Shown in pieces: positions 39,926-48,782 of a DNA stretch of 64,000 nt (position 1 is its first letter; each line of letters starts with the position of its first letter). Location: the IMG/VR virus record IMGVR_UViG_3300033070_001518, positions 16,412-80,411 of that record. One strand, 5' to 3'. The DNA comes from a virus. Its lineage: Duplodnaviria; Caudoviricetes. The notes under the pieces were generated by a model. That model saw only the letters and a list, made by a program, of their open reading frames with translations, ran no database searches and had not been told where the DNA came from. The position numbers and the translations under genes are program-made.

Positions 39926-40418
39926 AGAATCTTTCTCTCCTTTTCTTTTCCATATATGCTTTTAGATCATCGTAAGTAACCGCTCCGGGAGATTTTAATA
40001 TCATGTTTGGATCAGCTTCCCTTTTAGTTTTTATTTCTTCTTCTTTGGACTTTTTAACTTTTTCTTCATTTTCCATTTCAATTTTCTTTAGTAGACTACC
40101 CAAAAAGAAATCAATTCCCTTTTCTTTTATAATTTGCCTGTCCAAATTAAATTTGAATTCTTCTTTGGTATAAAATACCATTATTTCACTGTTTGATATG
40201 TAATGATCAGTATAAAAATTTATATCGCCAATTTTACCTTGCATATAAATTGGAGTTTTATATTTTTGATTATAGAAAAAGCTGAATTTATCATCGTCAT
40301 TTAAAACTCGTTCCCCAGACCTATCAATTTTTGTCGTCGATACTCCTAGTGTCATTTTAAAATATTTTGATTTCTTTATTTCTAAAATTGTATTTAATCC
40401 ACAAACAATATTATACAT
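39909..40418 (-). CDS. Hypothetical protein
   Basis: 169-aa ORF, no recognisable motif. Confidence 0.6.
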   Translation of the reverse strand: MYNIVCGLNTILEIKKSKYFKMTLGVSTTKIDRSGERVLNDDDKFSFFYNQKYKTPIYMQGKIGDINFYTDHYISNSEIMVFYTKEEFKFNLDRQIIKEKGIDFFLGSLLKKIEMENEEKVKKSKEEEIKTKREADPNMILKSPGAVTYDDLKAYMEKKRRERFSTDNF

Positions 40419-40492
40419 ATTCTATGTATTTTAATTTATCATTCTCAATATATAATTTAATGAAGTCTGATCTTATTTGAAAAATAGATTTC

Positions 40493-41035
40493 TTATTCAG
40501 TTTCTATACCAAGATCTTCCTTCTTATCAAACTCGTCATCTAAATCAATTTTGAGAGATACTAGATAATCTTCATCAACACTATCTAGTTCAGTATTTCT
40601 TGTTATTTGCCCAATCAAGTCAAAATTTTCAAGGTCATATTTTTTGAATTTTATAAAGCATTTTTTGATATTTTTTGATTCTTTTTCCTCTTCCGGGACA
40701 GCTTCCTCTAATGGGATTGTTACGTATAGGTTATAGAGAAACTCATCATCTGAGAATTTGACTACTAAATTATCATATAGAGATGAGTATTTGCTAATCT
40801 CTGAACTTTGAAGTTGTAATCCCAATTCCGAAAATGATATTTCTTTTTCAGATTTCTCCTGGTCTCGACCCTTTTTTAAGGCATCTGACATTGTGGATAC
40901 TTCATCGCTATCAATCTCTCTTTCGAAAAATCCATCGATTTTTCTTTTTAGTTTTATAAGTTCCATTTTTATGTACTCCTCAGGAGTATCAGACTGATTT
41001 TCCTTAATGAAATCAACAAATTTTTTAATTCCCAT
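40493..41035 (-). CDS. Acidic protein with CTS-like leader
   Basis: MGIKKFVDFIKE; TATATA-N5-ATG. Confidence 0.6.
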   Translation of the reverse strand: MGIKKFVDFIKENQSDTPEEYIKMELIKLKRKIDGFFEREIDSDEVSTMSDALKKGRDQEKSEKEISFSELGLQLQSSEISKYSSLYDNLVVKFSDDEFLYNLYVTIPLEEAVPEEEKESKNIKKCFIKFKKYDLENFDLIGQITRNTELDSVDEDYLVSLKIDLDDEFDKKEDLGIETE

Positions 41036-41062
41036 ATACTTATATATAAATTATAGAATTTG

Positions 41063-41070
41063 TATATTTG
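41063..41070 (+). promoter_or_regulatory. Bacteroidota housekeeping -7 promoter box
   Basis: TATATTTG (TAnnTTTG) 17 nt before ATG 41088. Confidence 0.4.
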
Positions 41071-41087
41071 AAAATCAAAATTAAACT

Positions 41088-41273
41088 ATGATCAAAATGG
41101 ATGTTAAAAAGTTCTCTAAAATTAAAGAAGAGCTTAAAAAATTTAGAAAATCAATCTTCGGTAAAAAAGATAAATTGAACATATGTAGAAAATATAATGT
41201 GACTTCGGATGAGGTCAACATTGTAATTAAATATTTAGCTTATGAGCGAAAAAAAGAAAGAACACAACAGTAA
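41088..41273 (+). CDS. Small basic hypothetical protein
   Basis: 61 aa, A-rich start context. Confidence 0.5.
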   Translation: MIKMDVKKFSKIKEELKKFRKSIFGKKDKLNICRKYNVTSDEVNIVIKYLAYERKKERTQQ

Positions 41274-41493
41274 TCGTTACTATTTTAATCTCTGTAGAAA
41301 TTGTATAGATCTCTTTGGTAAAAAAAGATTAGAAGATTCATTTGGTTATAAAATAGAATTAATTTACTATATGTTTGATATGGAGTGCTCTATTTGTGAG
41401 TCATATTTTATTTGTGGAATGGGAATAGTAAAACCTCAACTAGATATTATAAATCGAGAGATAAAAATTGATTTTCTTCAAAACTCTCTTTGA
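41242..41493 (+). CDS. Small Cys-containing protein with shared C-terminal motif
   Basis: CxxC...CxxC; ends INREIKIDFLQNSL. Confidence 0.6.
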   Translation: MSEKKKEHNSNRYYFNLCRNCIDLFGKKRLEDSFGYKIELIYYMFDMECSICESYFICGMGIVKPQLDIINREIKIDFLQNSL

Positions 41494-41526
41494 TGCTATT
41501 AGATCAATTATATTATATATAGTAAT

Positions 41527-42060
41527 ATGATCTTAAAATTTAAGGATTATGATGACCTAGAAGATGATATCATCAATAACTTTGATGACTTAAAAACTGA
41601 GTTTATAACAATTATCAGATTAAAAGATATTATCTATGAAAAAAATAACAAGGTTTTATTTGATCGTGGTTGGTGGGAGGTAGTGAAAGATCTTTTGGAT
41701 AGAAAGAATATTACTTTTAAAGTAGATCCATATGATAATTGGCTTTCCGTAAAAGATCCTGAGGTTAGGAAAATATTAGATTTATCGAAAGATATAATTG
41801 GTGTTGCTATTGTTTATGGAAGAGCGGATATGTTTTCAGAATCTGATGACTTACTAAAACTTAGAGACGGAAAAATAACTGAAAAGTTGGTTAAGAGATT
41901 AGAAGTTTATGGATTATATCCTATACAAGACCCATCCAAATGGTTCTATAACTCATTGGGTAGTCCTAGATTCTATTTTCCTGAGAAGCAAGCAGGATTA
42001 TTCCTATGTGGTGAAATTTGGTTATACAAAGATAATTCAGAGTCCAGTTATGGATCCTGA
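41527..42060 (+). CDS. Putative internal virion protein (CTS-like leader family)
   Basis: MILKFKDYDDLE..IINNFDDLKTEF; TATATA-N5-ATG. Confidence 0.55.
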   Translation: MILKFKDYDDLEDDIINNFDDLKTEFITIIRLKDIIYEKNNKVLFDRGWWEVVKDLLDRKNITFKVDPYDNWLSVKDPEVRKILDLSKDIIGVAIVYGRADMFSESDDLLKLRDGKITEKLVKRLEVYGLYPIQDPSKWFYNSLGSPRFYFPEKQAGLFLCGEIWLYKDNSESSYGS

Positions 42061-42453
42061 TACGTGTCCACTAGATCCTCTTTGAACAAGATCATCTATT
42101 TGGTGGTTAGATAACTTTGATACTTTCTCCATTACTATTTTAGATACTACCACTCCTCTATTAGATAATTTATCATATTTTGTACCATCTCTTTTCGATT
42201 GAAAATAGATTTGGGCTTCTAATATTCCAGCCCTTTCTTCGATAGACATTTTTGGCGATTTTAAATCCTCACACACTTGAAAGCAAGCTTTCCAGAAATC
42301 TTTTGTATAATCCGTAGACTGCTCCATTTGGTCTACTTTATGAATTTTATTAGAAAATGTGGGATTTGATATTAATAAGGAAAGGGATAATAGTAGATTT
42401 TGTTTCCATCCCTCTTCAACTTTATGATAGTTATTAAATTTTTTCAATCTCAT
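42037..42453 (-). CDS. CTS-like leader followed by a hydrophobic signal-like segment
   Basis: MRLKKFNNYHKVEE-GWKQNLLLSLSLLISNPTFS; TATATA-N5-ATG. Confidence 0.55.
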   Translation of the reverse strand: MRLKKFNNYHKVEEGWKQNLLLSLSLLISNPTFSNKIHKVDQMEQSTDYTKDFWKACFQVCEDLKSPKMSIEERAGILEAQIYFQSKRDGTKYDKLSNRGVVVSKIVMEKVSKLSNHQIDDLVQRGSSGHVSGSITGL

Positions 42454-42468
42454 AAAGGTATATATTAA

Positions 42469-42981
42469 CTAGACGATAGAATCTATCTTTCTTCCACGTA
42501 TTATTCTAGGATCATTTATGAGATAATAACTAATTATCCATTGTGGTTGTAAGGTTGATAGATCCACATATTTGCAGATATAGTAGACTGCCAAGTCCTC
42601 ATTTCTTTCCGTAGACAGAAAATCTATCAATTTCTCATCTGAGTCAAATTTTATTGATTTACATTCGTGTGAAATAGTTGATATTCCATTTCCTGAAAAC
42701 GATAATAATGAGAATATTCTTGAAGTAGTAACGACTCTAATATTATTTATTAAATGTGGTAATAATTTTTCAAACCAAGTTTCTGGACTTATGGAAGTTA
42801 TTGTAACACCACCTGATCCATCATGTATACTATTTGAGCTTATTTCTTTACAATTTAGATAAAGTTTGATAAATGGTATAATATCGTAATCATTAACACA
42901 GTAAATATTTCTTTGTCCTTTATCATCCTTTAACTTATATATGTCACATATGTCATTTATTTGATCTATTATACTAGGCAT
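42469..42981 (-). CDS. Hypothetical protein with shared C-terminal motif
   Basis: Ends IIRGRKIDSIV*(TAG). Confidence 0.6.
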   Translation of the reverse strand: MPSIIDQINDICDIYKLKDDKGQRNIYCVNDYDIIPFIKLYLNCKEISSNSIHDGSGGVTITSISPETWFEKLLPHLINNIRVVTTSRIFSLLSFSGNGISTISHECKSIKFDSDEKLIDFLSTERNEDLAVYYICKYVDLSTLQPQWIISYYLINDPRIIRGRKIDSIV

Positions 42982-43397
42982 TATTTATCTATTTTTTCTA
43001 CAATTATCCCTGATAATTTTAAAAAAACAACTCCGTCTAAATCTTTGTAATCTTCTTTATAAACAACTCTAGATATTCCAGAAGATAAGATTTCTTTTGA
43101 ACAATTTTTACACGGGGAATGTGTTAGATACATTGTTGATCCATCACATGAGTGCCCCCATTTAGCACACTTTAATATTGCATTTTGCTCCGCGTGTATA
43201 ACAAACCAGTGCGTTTCCCCGTCTGCGTTTTCGCAGACATTGTCCATGCCGCTCGGGGATCCATTGTACCCGTCTGATATTATCATACCATTTTTAACAA
43301 TTAAGCAACCTACTTTTTTTCTCAAACAATGAGACAATTTTGCCCAACTAGAGGCCATTTCTAAATAGATCAGATCATATTTTAATTGTTTATCCAT
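42981..43397 (-). CDS. dCMP deaminase family
   Basis: S.C.RKKVG, GYNG, HAEQNAI, PCKNC. Confidence 0.95.
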   Translation of the reverse strand: MDKQLKYDLIYLEMASSWAKLSHCLRKKVGCLIVKNGMIISDGYNGSPSGMDNVCENADGETHWFVIHAEQNAILKCAKWGHSCDGSTMYLTHSPCKNCSKEILSSGISRVVYKEDYKDLDGVVFLKLSGIIVEKIDK

Positions 43398-44157
43398 GAT
43401 CTATTGACCAACTTTTTGGTAGGAATTTTGGATTTGTATTTTCGATAAAGTGAATTCTCCAATTTTTGATAAATTGATCAATACTATTGATTTTTTCAAT
43501 TACCATTTCCCCGTGAGTTTTAGTACATATAATTGGAGGAGGTGTATTTTGAGATATCCACTTTTTCTTCAATTGATTTGATATTCGTTTAACTCCCAAT
43601 TCCTCTTTTATTTCTTTTCTTATTTCCTCTTTCCTCTTATCAGGAATTTCTTCCTTATCCAAACAAAGAAATAATCCTTGTATTTTTTGTAATTTTTTAT
43701 TGTTGATTAGGTCTCCATTTATTGGAACATTATAGATTTCTGATAATTTTTTTTTGTATTCAAAAGCTAGTTCCTCATATGTGAAATGACAATCTAAACA
43801 TACTGTTAGGACATCATGGAATCTATGTGATTTTATTTCTTCTGAGAAGTGAATTCTATAACATCTAGGTACAACATGATGCTTTGTTAGAAATTGATTC
43901 GTTCCACAGACAACACAAATATTTTGCATTTTCTCAAGTCCATAATCCAATCCATGACATCCCAATCCATTGGGATTGAATGTCAATCTAATAGAATAAT
44001 CATCTATTTTTTCAGCTAAATTTCTACTTAAATACCAATTTATTTTTTTAATATTGGATCTAAACATTAGGATGTTATCTGGTGAATACACACTATAGTT
44101 TCCGTAAATTTTTCTATTTTTAATAGACTCTCTCAATTTGATCATAATTAAGTTCAA
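43390..44157 (-). CDS. Stand-alone HNH-type protein resembling the EXD2 C-terminal domain
   Basis: YSPD...KINWYL, NICVVCG, TKHHVVP..YR.HF, HDVL.VC.DCH, WR.HF....PKFLP..WSIDH. Confidence 0.75.
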   Translation of the reverse strand: MNLIMIKLRESIKNRKIYGNYSVYSPDNILMFRSNIKKINWYLSRNLAEKIDDYSIRLTFNPNGLGCHGLDYGLEKMQNICVVCGTNQFLTKHHVVPRCYRIHFSEEIKSHRFHDVLTVCLDCHFTYEELAFEYKKKLSEIYNVPINGDLINNKKLQKIQGLFLCLDKEEIPDKRKEEIRKEIKEELGVKRISNQLKKKWISQNTPPPIICTKTHGEMVIEKINSIDQFIKNWRIHFIENTNPKFLPKSWSIDHG

Positions 44158-44659
44158 TATTGGTCATTCTTCCAAACACAAGAACGCCAATTCTAACTTT
44201 TTGCTTTTCTTCTAAAATTTCTTGTACTTTACCTTTAAATGTATCAAATGGTCCATCAATTATAACAACTTCGTCGTCTACGTGGAATGTGGTTAATTTT
44301 TCCACAACTTCTCTCTTCTCATCCTCTACTTTTAGCAAATTTCTGACCTCTTCTGATTTTATTGGGTGTATATCACCTGATTTACTTCTAACAAATCCAG
44401 TGGCTCCTTGGACACTTTTTAATATGTTATTTACTTCTCCGAGGGCGGATGTTTCGATAAAAACATATCCAGGATATATAGTTCTTTCTCTAAGAAACTT
44501 TTTTCCACTTTTTGAAGAAAGCACTTTTTCGACTGGTATTATTGTTCTACCAATTAAATTTGATATACCTGCTCGATTAACCTCTAGATTCAATTTCTCT
44601 AAAACACTTTTTTCTTTGTTATTCTGTGTTCGTATTGCGTACCATTTCATATCTGACAT
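44120..44659 (-). CDS. nusG: Transcription elongation/antitermination factor NusG
   Basis: KWYAIRT...EK, YPGYVFIE, GATGFV, KOW IDGPF..F.G.V, VFGR...IEL. Confidence 0.95.
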   Translation of the reverse strand: MSDMKWYAIRTQNNKEKSVLEKLNLEVNRAGISNLIGRTIIPVEKVLSSKSGKKFLRERTIYPGYVFIETSALGEVNNILKSVQGATGFVRSKSGDIHPIKSEEVRNLLKVEDEKREVVEKLTTFHVDDEVVIIDGPFDTFKGKVQEILEEKQKVRIGVLVFGRMTNIELNYDQIERVY

Positions 44660-44660
44660 T

Positions 44661-45056
44661 TTAGGTTGATTTTTTATAAAATTTTAATTCTTCTTTAATT
44701 ATTTCGGGGAAGTTATTAATTAAATATATTAAATCTTCACTTTTGTTTAGATTTAATTTTAACATAAGAAGTTCAAAATCTTTATCTAGTAATTGATTTG
44801 ATTCTATTTTTTTGGACTTTGACCAAAACCACTTGGGATATGGTTTATCTAACATAAAATAATACCAAAGGTCTAGACCAATAGATTTATTTATTAATTT
44901 ATTATTAATAAGTTGAGCTTCTTTTGGATATTTTTTACTCATATATCTATTAAAGATAAAGAAATATTTGTCCTTCATCTCATCCGTTACAAGATTCCAT
45001 TTCTTTTTATCTTGAAACATAATTTTTGATATTGATAAGATATTATCTTCGATCAT
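44661..45056 (-). CDS. Possible clamp-loader small subunit (T4 gp62-like)
   Basis: Y.FIFNRYMS...A...N...LW....KPYPKWFWSK pattern and similar size. Confidence 0.4.
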   Translation of the reverse strand: MIEDNILSISKIMFQDKKKWNLVTDEMKDKYFFIFNRYMSKKYPKEAQLINNKLINKSIGLDLWYYFMLDKPYPKWFWSKSKKIESNQLLDKDFELLMLKLNLNKSEDLIYLINNFPEIIKEELKFYKKST

Positions 45057-45235
45057 AATTTTATGAATCGTTGGGTATTCTCATTTATAGTTTCATTCCA
45101 TACTGAAAGAGGTCTTGCATGTACAGATCCAAAACTTAAAGATCGATAAATAACTAGAACTTCCTTGGTTTCTGTATGACTACACAGGCTTATTTTCCAA
45201 GTTTCTTTTGGTAGTGGATAATTAATCATTTTCAA
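45053..45235 (-). CDS. DUF1653-like small protein (N-terminal HYKG motif absent)
   Basis: HTET.E.LVIYRSL....ARP..W....RF. Confidence 0.6.
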   Translation of the reverse strand: MKMINYPLPKETWKISLCSHTETKEVLVIYRSLSFGSVHARPLSVWNETINENTQRFIKL

Positions 45236-45476
45236 TTTTTGTTATTTTTTCATTTCTTTGTTTTCTGACCTCTTTTATTTCCCATTCTCTTTCATAATAT
45301 ATCTTATTAGCTAAATCTTGAATTTTAGTCAATGCGTTATCAGGACTAATTGATCCACCATATATTCCCTTCTTTATATCATCACATCTAATTGATGTTA
45401 ATATTGATAGAGCAGCGAGAAGCATTTTACCTTCATCCGAGTTAGTATCAAAATTATTGAATGTTTTTTCGATCAT
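45222..45476 (-). CDS. Hypothetical protein with shared C-terminal motif
   Basis: Ends KQRNEKITKIEND. Confidence 0.6.
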   Translation of the reverse strand: MIEKTFNNFDTNSDEGKMLLAALSILTSIRCDDIKKGIYGGSISPDNALTKIQDLANKIYYEREWEIKEVRKQRNEKITKIEND

Positions 45477-46204
45477 TTTAATCTCTCTTTGGTTATTCTA
45501 ATTGATTTTTCGTTTATATCACAACCTATGAAATTTCTTTCCAATTCTTTGCACAGAACAGCACTAGTTCCAGATCCTAAGAAGAAATCACCAACTAGAT
45601 CATTTTTGTCTGTGGATGTCTCTATTATCCTTTTTATCAATTCTTTTGGTTTTTGTGTTGAATAACCCGTTCTTTCCTTTTTATCATTTTGTCCTAAAAT
45701 GTTTATTTGCCAAACATCTCCCATTATTTTACCCCTTGGATTGTAATACTTTTCTTTTTCATATCCTCGTGGTGCTGATAATGAATATGGTTCTCTAATA
45801 TTGTCTTCGTTGAATTTAAATTTATCTGTTTTTGACCATCTAAGAATTGTATCATGTCTATTACTAAAATTGCCTTTTTTTCTAGGTGATGAGTTGTAAT
45901 ACCATATTATTTCATTTCTAAAGTTATTATATCCAAAAATATCATCTCCGATACATCTAATCCAATGATTTATTCTCCAATCCATTTGGAGATATACAGA
46001 TCCAGTTGGTTTAAGAATTCTTTTCATTTCGGAAATTCTAGGAACGTAGAAATCATAAATTAGATTCTTTATTGGTTTTAAATCTTTAAAGTCTGGGAAA
46101 TTATTTCCTGTTCCATAAAGAATATCCCCATAAATAAGATCGAGAGAATCTGTCTTGATTGTCTTCATAAATAGAAGATTATCTTCACATTTAATTTCAA
46201 ACAT
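45473..46204 (-). CDS. Beta-class N4-C/N6-A DNA methyltransferase with variant catalytic motif
   Basis: DLIYGDILY (in place of DPPY), F.NEIIW.Y, YSTQKP..LI.RII, DFFLGSGT, FIGCDI. Confidence 0.88.
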   Translation of the reverse strand: MFEIKCEDNLLFMKTIKTDSLDLIYGDILYGTGNNFPDFKDLKPIKNLIYDFYVPRISEMKRILKPTGSVYLQMDWRINHWIRCIGDDIFGYNNFRNEIIWYYNSSPRKKGNFSNRHDTILRWSKTDKFKFNEDNIREPYSLSAPRGYEKEKYYNPRGKIMGDVWQINILGQNDKKERTGYSTQKPKELIKRIIETSTDKNDLVGDFFLGSGTSAVLCKELERNFIGCDINEKSIRITKERLK

Positions 46205-46484
46205 TGAGTAAATTTAATTTCAATTCTCTAATTATTGGTTTTAATTCTTCCATAAATTTATCCTCTAAGTGAAATTCAACTCCATATAAAGATGGATTAT
46301 ATACATATTGTTTTTCTCCGGTTTCAAAATTCCCACCATCTAAAATTAGTATTCCACGATTTATTAGATTTTGTGATAAATTGAATGATATTTCAATTTT
46401 AGGACTTCTTGACCACCAAAGCATGGAATTGCCATCAAGTATTATTAGCTCCCTTCCCCGAAAAATTTTTTCTACTATTAACAT
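46197..46484 (-). CDS. Hypothetical protein with shared C-terminal motif
   Basis: Ends IIRELKLNLLNV. Confidence 0.6.
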   Translation of the reverse strand: MLIVEKIFRGRELIILDGNSMLWWSRSPKIEISFNLSQNLINRGILILDGGNFETGEKQYVYNPSLYGVEFHLEDKFMEELKPIIRELKLNLLNV

Positions 46485-47446
46485 CTAGAGAACTTATCGT
46501 TCATTGAATTTAAAATTTCACTTGGAAAATTATTGATTCGTAGATCTATTAATTTCATATTTCCATTAATGTTTGATACAATTTTACTAATCATGGATTT
46601 TGATAGTTTTTTCTTTTCGCAAATTATATCTGCTATATTTTCATATAGATCTGGGTCATCTAGAGAAACTTCACCAAACTCATTTATATATGAATCATAT
46701 ATAGATTTGGCTCCTTTAGCTCCTATTCCTCTTACTCTGCCATTTTTAGTGACTCTATATACTGATTGAATATTATCACTTGAATCTCCTGAGACTATTT
46801 TTATGAATAGAGACTCCATTTTATTTATTATATGAGTATCGTATTTTGTTTCGAATTTCTTAAAAAGAGATAAGAATTCTGAATTATCATTTAAATCAAA
46901 AATATCATTACTTGGTAATTTTTTAATCTTGTCGATAATCATTTGATAGTTGTTTGGTAAAAATATTTTCTGTTTATTAAACATCTCATTAGACATGAAA
47001 TTTATCCACATGTTATCTAGATCGAATGATATTAATTGTTTGATGTCATAATCATTTGATACGATCATGGTTGATTTTTTTTCCTCGTTAAGCTTTTGAA
47101 CCAAAAAGGCGATCCAATCATCTCCTTCAATTCTAGGATATTCCAGAATTTTAATGCTAGAAAGTCTAGATTTAAATTTCTCATATGTGGAGTAGACAAA
47201 TTTCCAATCAATATCTGAATCTTTTTTTCGATGTGTTTTATATTCCGTTAGTAGTTCTTTTCTCCAAGATCTCTCTTTAGAATCAGAAACTAAATAAAAA
47301 TCACTGAACGGATATATTTTTCTATAATTTAGTATTGAATTTTCTAGTGCTTGATCTAGTGCTCCATAAAGAAGATTATTTTTATGTAAAGTAAATACTA
47401 ATTTTGATAAAATATAATTTCCATCGATTATACATGACAATAGCAT
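46478..47446 (-). CDS. T4 RNase H-like 5'-3' exonuclease / flap endonuclease
   Basis: IDGN, SWRK....YK.HRK, EGDD.IA, SND.D..QL, GDSSDNI, GIGAKG. Confidence 0.9.
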   Translation of the reverse strand: MLLSCIIDGNYILSKLVFTLHKNNLLYGALDQALENSILNYRKIYPFSDFYLVSDSKERSWRKELLTEYKTHRKKDSDIDWKFVYSTYEKFKSRLSSIKILEYPRIEGDDWIAFLVQKLNEEKKSTMIVSNDYDIKQLISFDLDNMWINFMSNEMFNKQKIFLPNNYQMIIDKIKKLPSNDIFDLNDNSEFLSLFKKFETKYDTHIINKMESLFIKIVSGDSSDNIQSVYRVTKNGRVRGIGAKGAKSIYDSYINEFGEVSLDDPDLYENIADIICEKKKLSKSMISKIVSNINGNMKLIDLRINNFPSEILNSMNDKFSRC

Positions 47447-47504
47447 TATGAATGTTATTTTTTATTTATATGGATAATGAAAGAAAAGTCTTATATATAC
47501 ATTC

Positions 47505-48197
47505 ATGATCATTAAACTATTTGAGTATTTCAATGAGTCTCCAACAAAAGATGATTTTTTGGAATCATTTCAAGACTACACTGATTTATTTAACAATTGT
47601 AGTGTTAGTTATAATGATGATGGAAATTTGATTTATTGTGATATTGATCATAAATCATCCATAAAAGATGAAAATGATTTTTTAAAATTGAAAATAAATG
47701 CTATTACCTTTCCAATTCTTTTGGGATGTATTGATAGGTTTTTAGATATGTATGATTTAGAGATTTCGTATTTAGATTTATATTATCCAACATATTCAAG
47801 ATTACATATTTCCTTTAAGAAAAAATACGAAAGCTTATTGCAAAAATCGACACCATCTATTGATCTATCCCATCTTAAATTGGATCAGTATAGGGGTAGG
47901 TCTTTTACTTTCCCGGAAGGCACACTATTTACTGAAATCTCTAGAAACGAGGCTTTATTTTTTGAAAAGGTATTAAATCTCGAAGCTCATAATTCTCCAA
48001 ATAATAATTTAGAAGAATTGGAAAATGATATTCTACTTGGTAATGAGTATGATGATTCATCAATTGCTTATTATGGTGATGATGATGATGATTTTATTAT
48101 GATTGATCTTCTAGGATCTAGAGATGGTAAAATCATATACACTTTATATGTTGGTCCTCGATGGATTAAAAGAATTGAAAAAATGATTTCAAAATAA
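47505..48197 (+). CDS. Putative internal virion protein (CTS-like leader family)
   Basis: MIIKLFEYFNES..KDDFLESFQDY; TATATA-N5-ATG. Confidence 0.6.
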   Translation: MIIKLFEYFNESPTKDDFLESFQDYTDLFNNCSVSYNDDGNLIYCDIDHKSSIKDENDFLKLKINAITFPILLGCIDRFLDMYDLEISYLDLYYPTYSRLHISFKKKYESLLQKSTPSIDLSHLKLDQYRGRSFTFPEGTLFTEISRNEALFFEKVLNLEAHNSPNNNLEELENDILLGNEYDDSSIAYYGDDDDDFIMIDLLGSRDGKIIYTLYVGPRWIKRIEKMISK

Positions 48198-48215
48198 TTT
48201 TATTATATTTGTTCG

Positions 48216-48782
48216 ATGCTGATATTGAAAAATATATCATCTTTGATAGATCTAGAGAGGTATATAGACTATCTTAGAACCTTAAATCCGAATTATTCGG
48301 ATCAGAAAGAATTTGATATGATTAAAGACTTTATGAAATTCTCTCCTGAGAAATTTGCTAGGCAGATTGGTAAAAATGAAATTCAATTTTCTAAAACAAT
48401 AAATAGCATCAAAGGGGAATTAAATAAAAAAATCAAACATGTAACTAGAATTCAGAAAATGAATTCAGTCCTCCCAGATATTGGGTGGTTTCCTTATCGT
48501 CTGATGGGTGGAGAATTTGTGAATGTACAAAGAACACACTGTATTTGTGTTAAAGAAAACGTTTTTAATTCAGTTTACGCAAAAAAGTTTTTTCGAGGAG
48601 TTGTTTATTCATATTTTGTCTATAATGGAAAATATCACGTTTTTCATAGGGATAAACCTGGTGATATTCGATATGGTACAAGTCAATGGGAATGTGATGA
48701 TAAATATTTTTTTGATCATTTTGAAAATTTTAGGAATTGGAAGATAAATCAAATTATATATTCTAATTCAGAGCTTGATTGA
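48216..48782 (+). CDS. Hypothetical protein with shared C-terminal motif
   Basis: NFRNWKINQII near the C-terminus. Confidence 0.6.
   Translation: MLILKNISSLIDLERYIDYLRTLNPNYSDQKEFDMIKDFMKFSPEKFARQIGKNEIQFSKTINSIKGELNKKIKHVTRIQKMNSVLPDIGWFPYRLMGGEFVNVQRTHCICVKENVFNSVYAKKFFRGVVYSYFVYNGKYHVFHRDKPGDIRYGTSQWECDDKYFFDHFENFRNWKINQIIYSNSELD

Noticed and set aside
40446-40480. Orphan TATATA-N5-ATG followed by a 6-codon ORF (MKSDLI*)
   Set aside because: Probably the remnant of a deleted late gene; nothing supports a functional peptide.
45053-45235. Loss of the HYKG motif in the DUF1653-like gene as a novel variant
   Set aside because: A small in-frame deletion or decay explains it; no supporting context.
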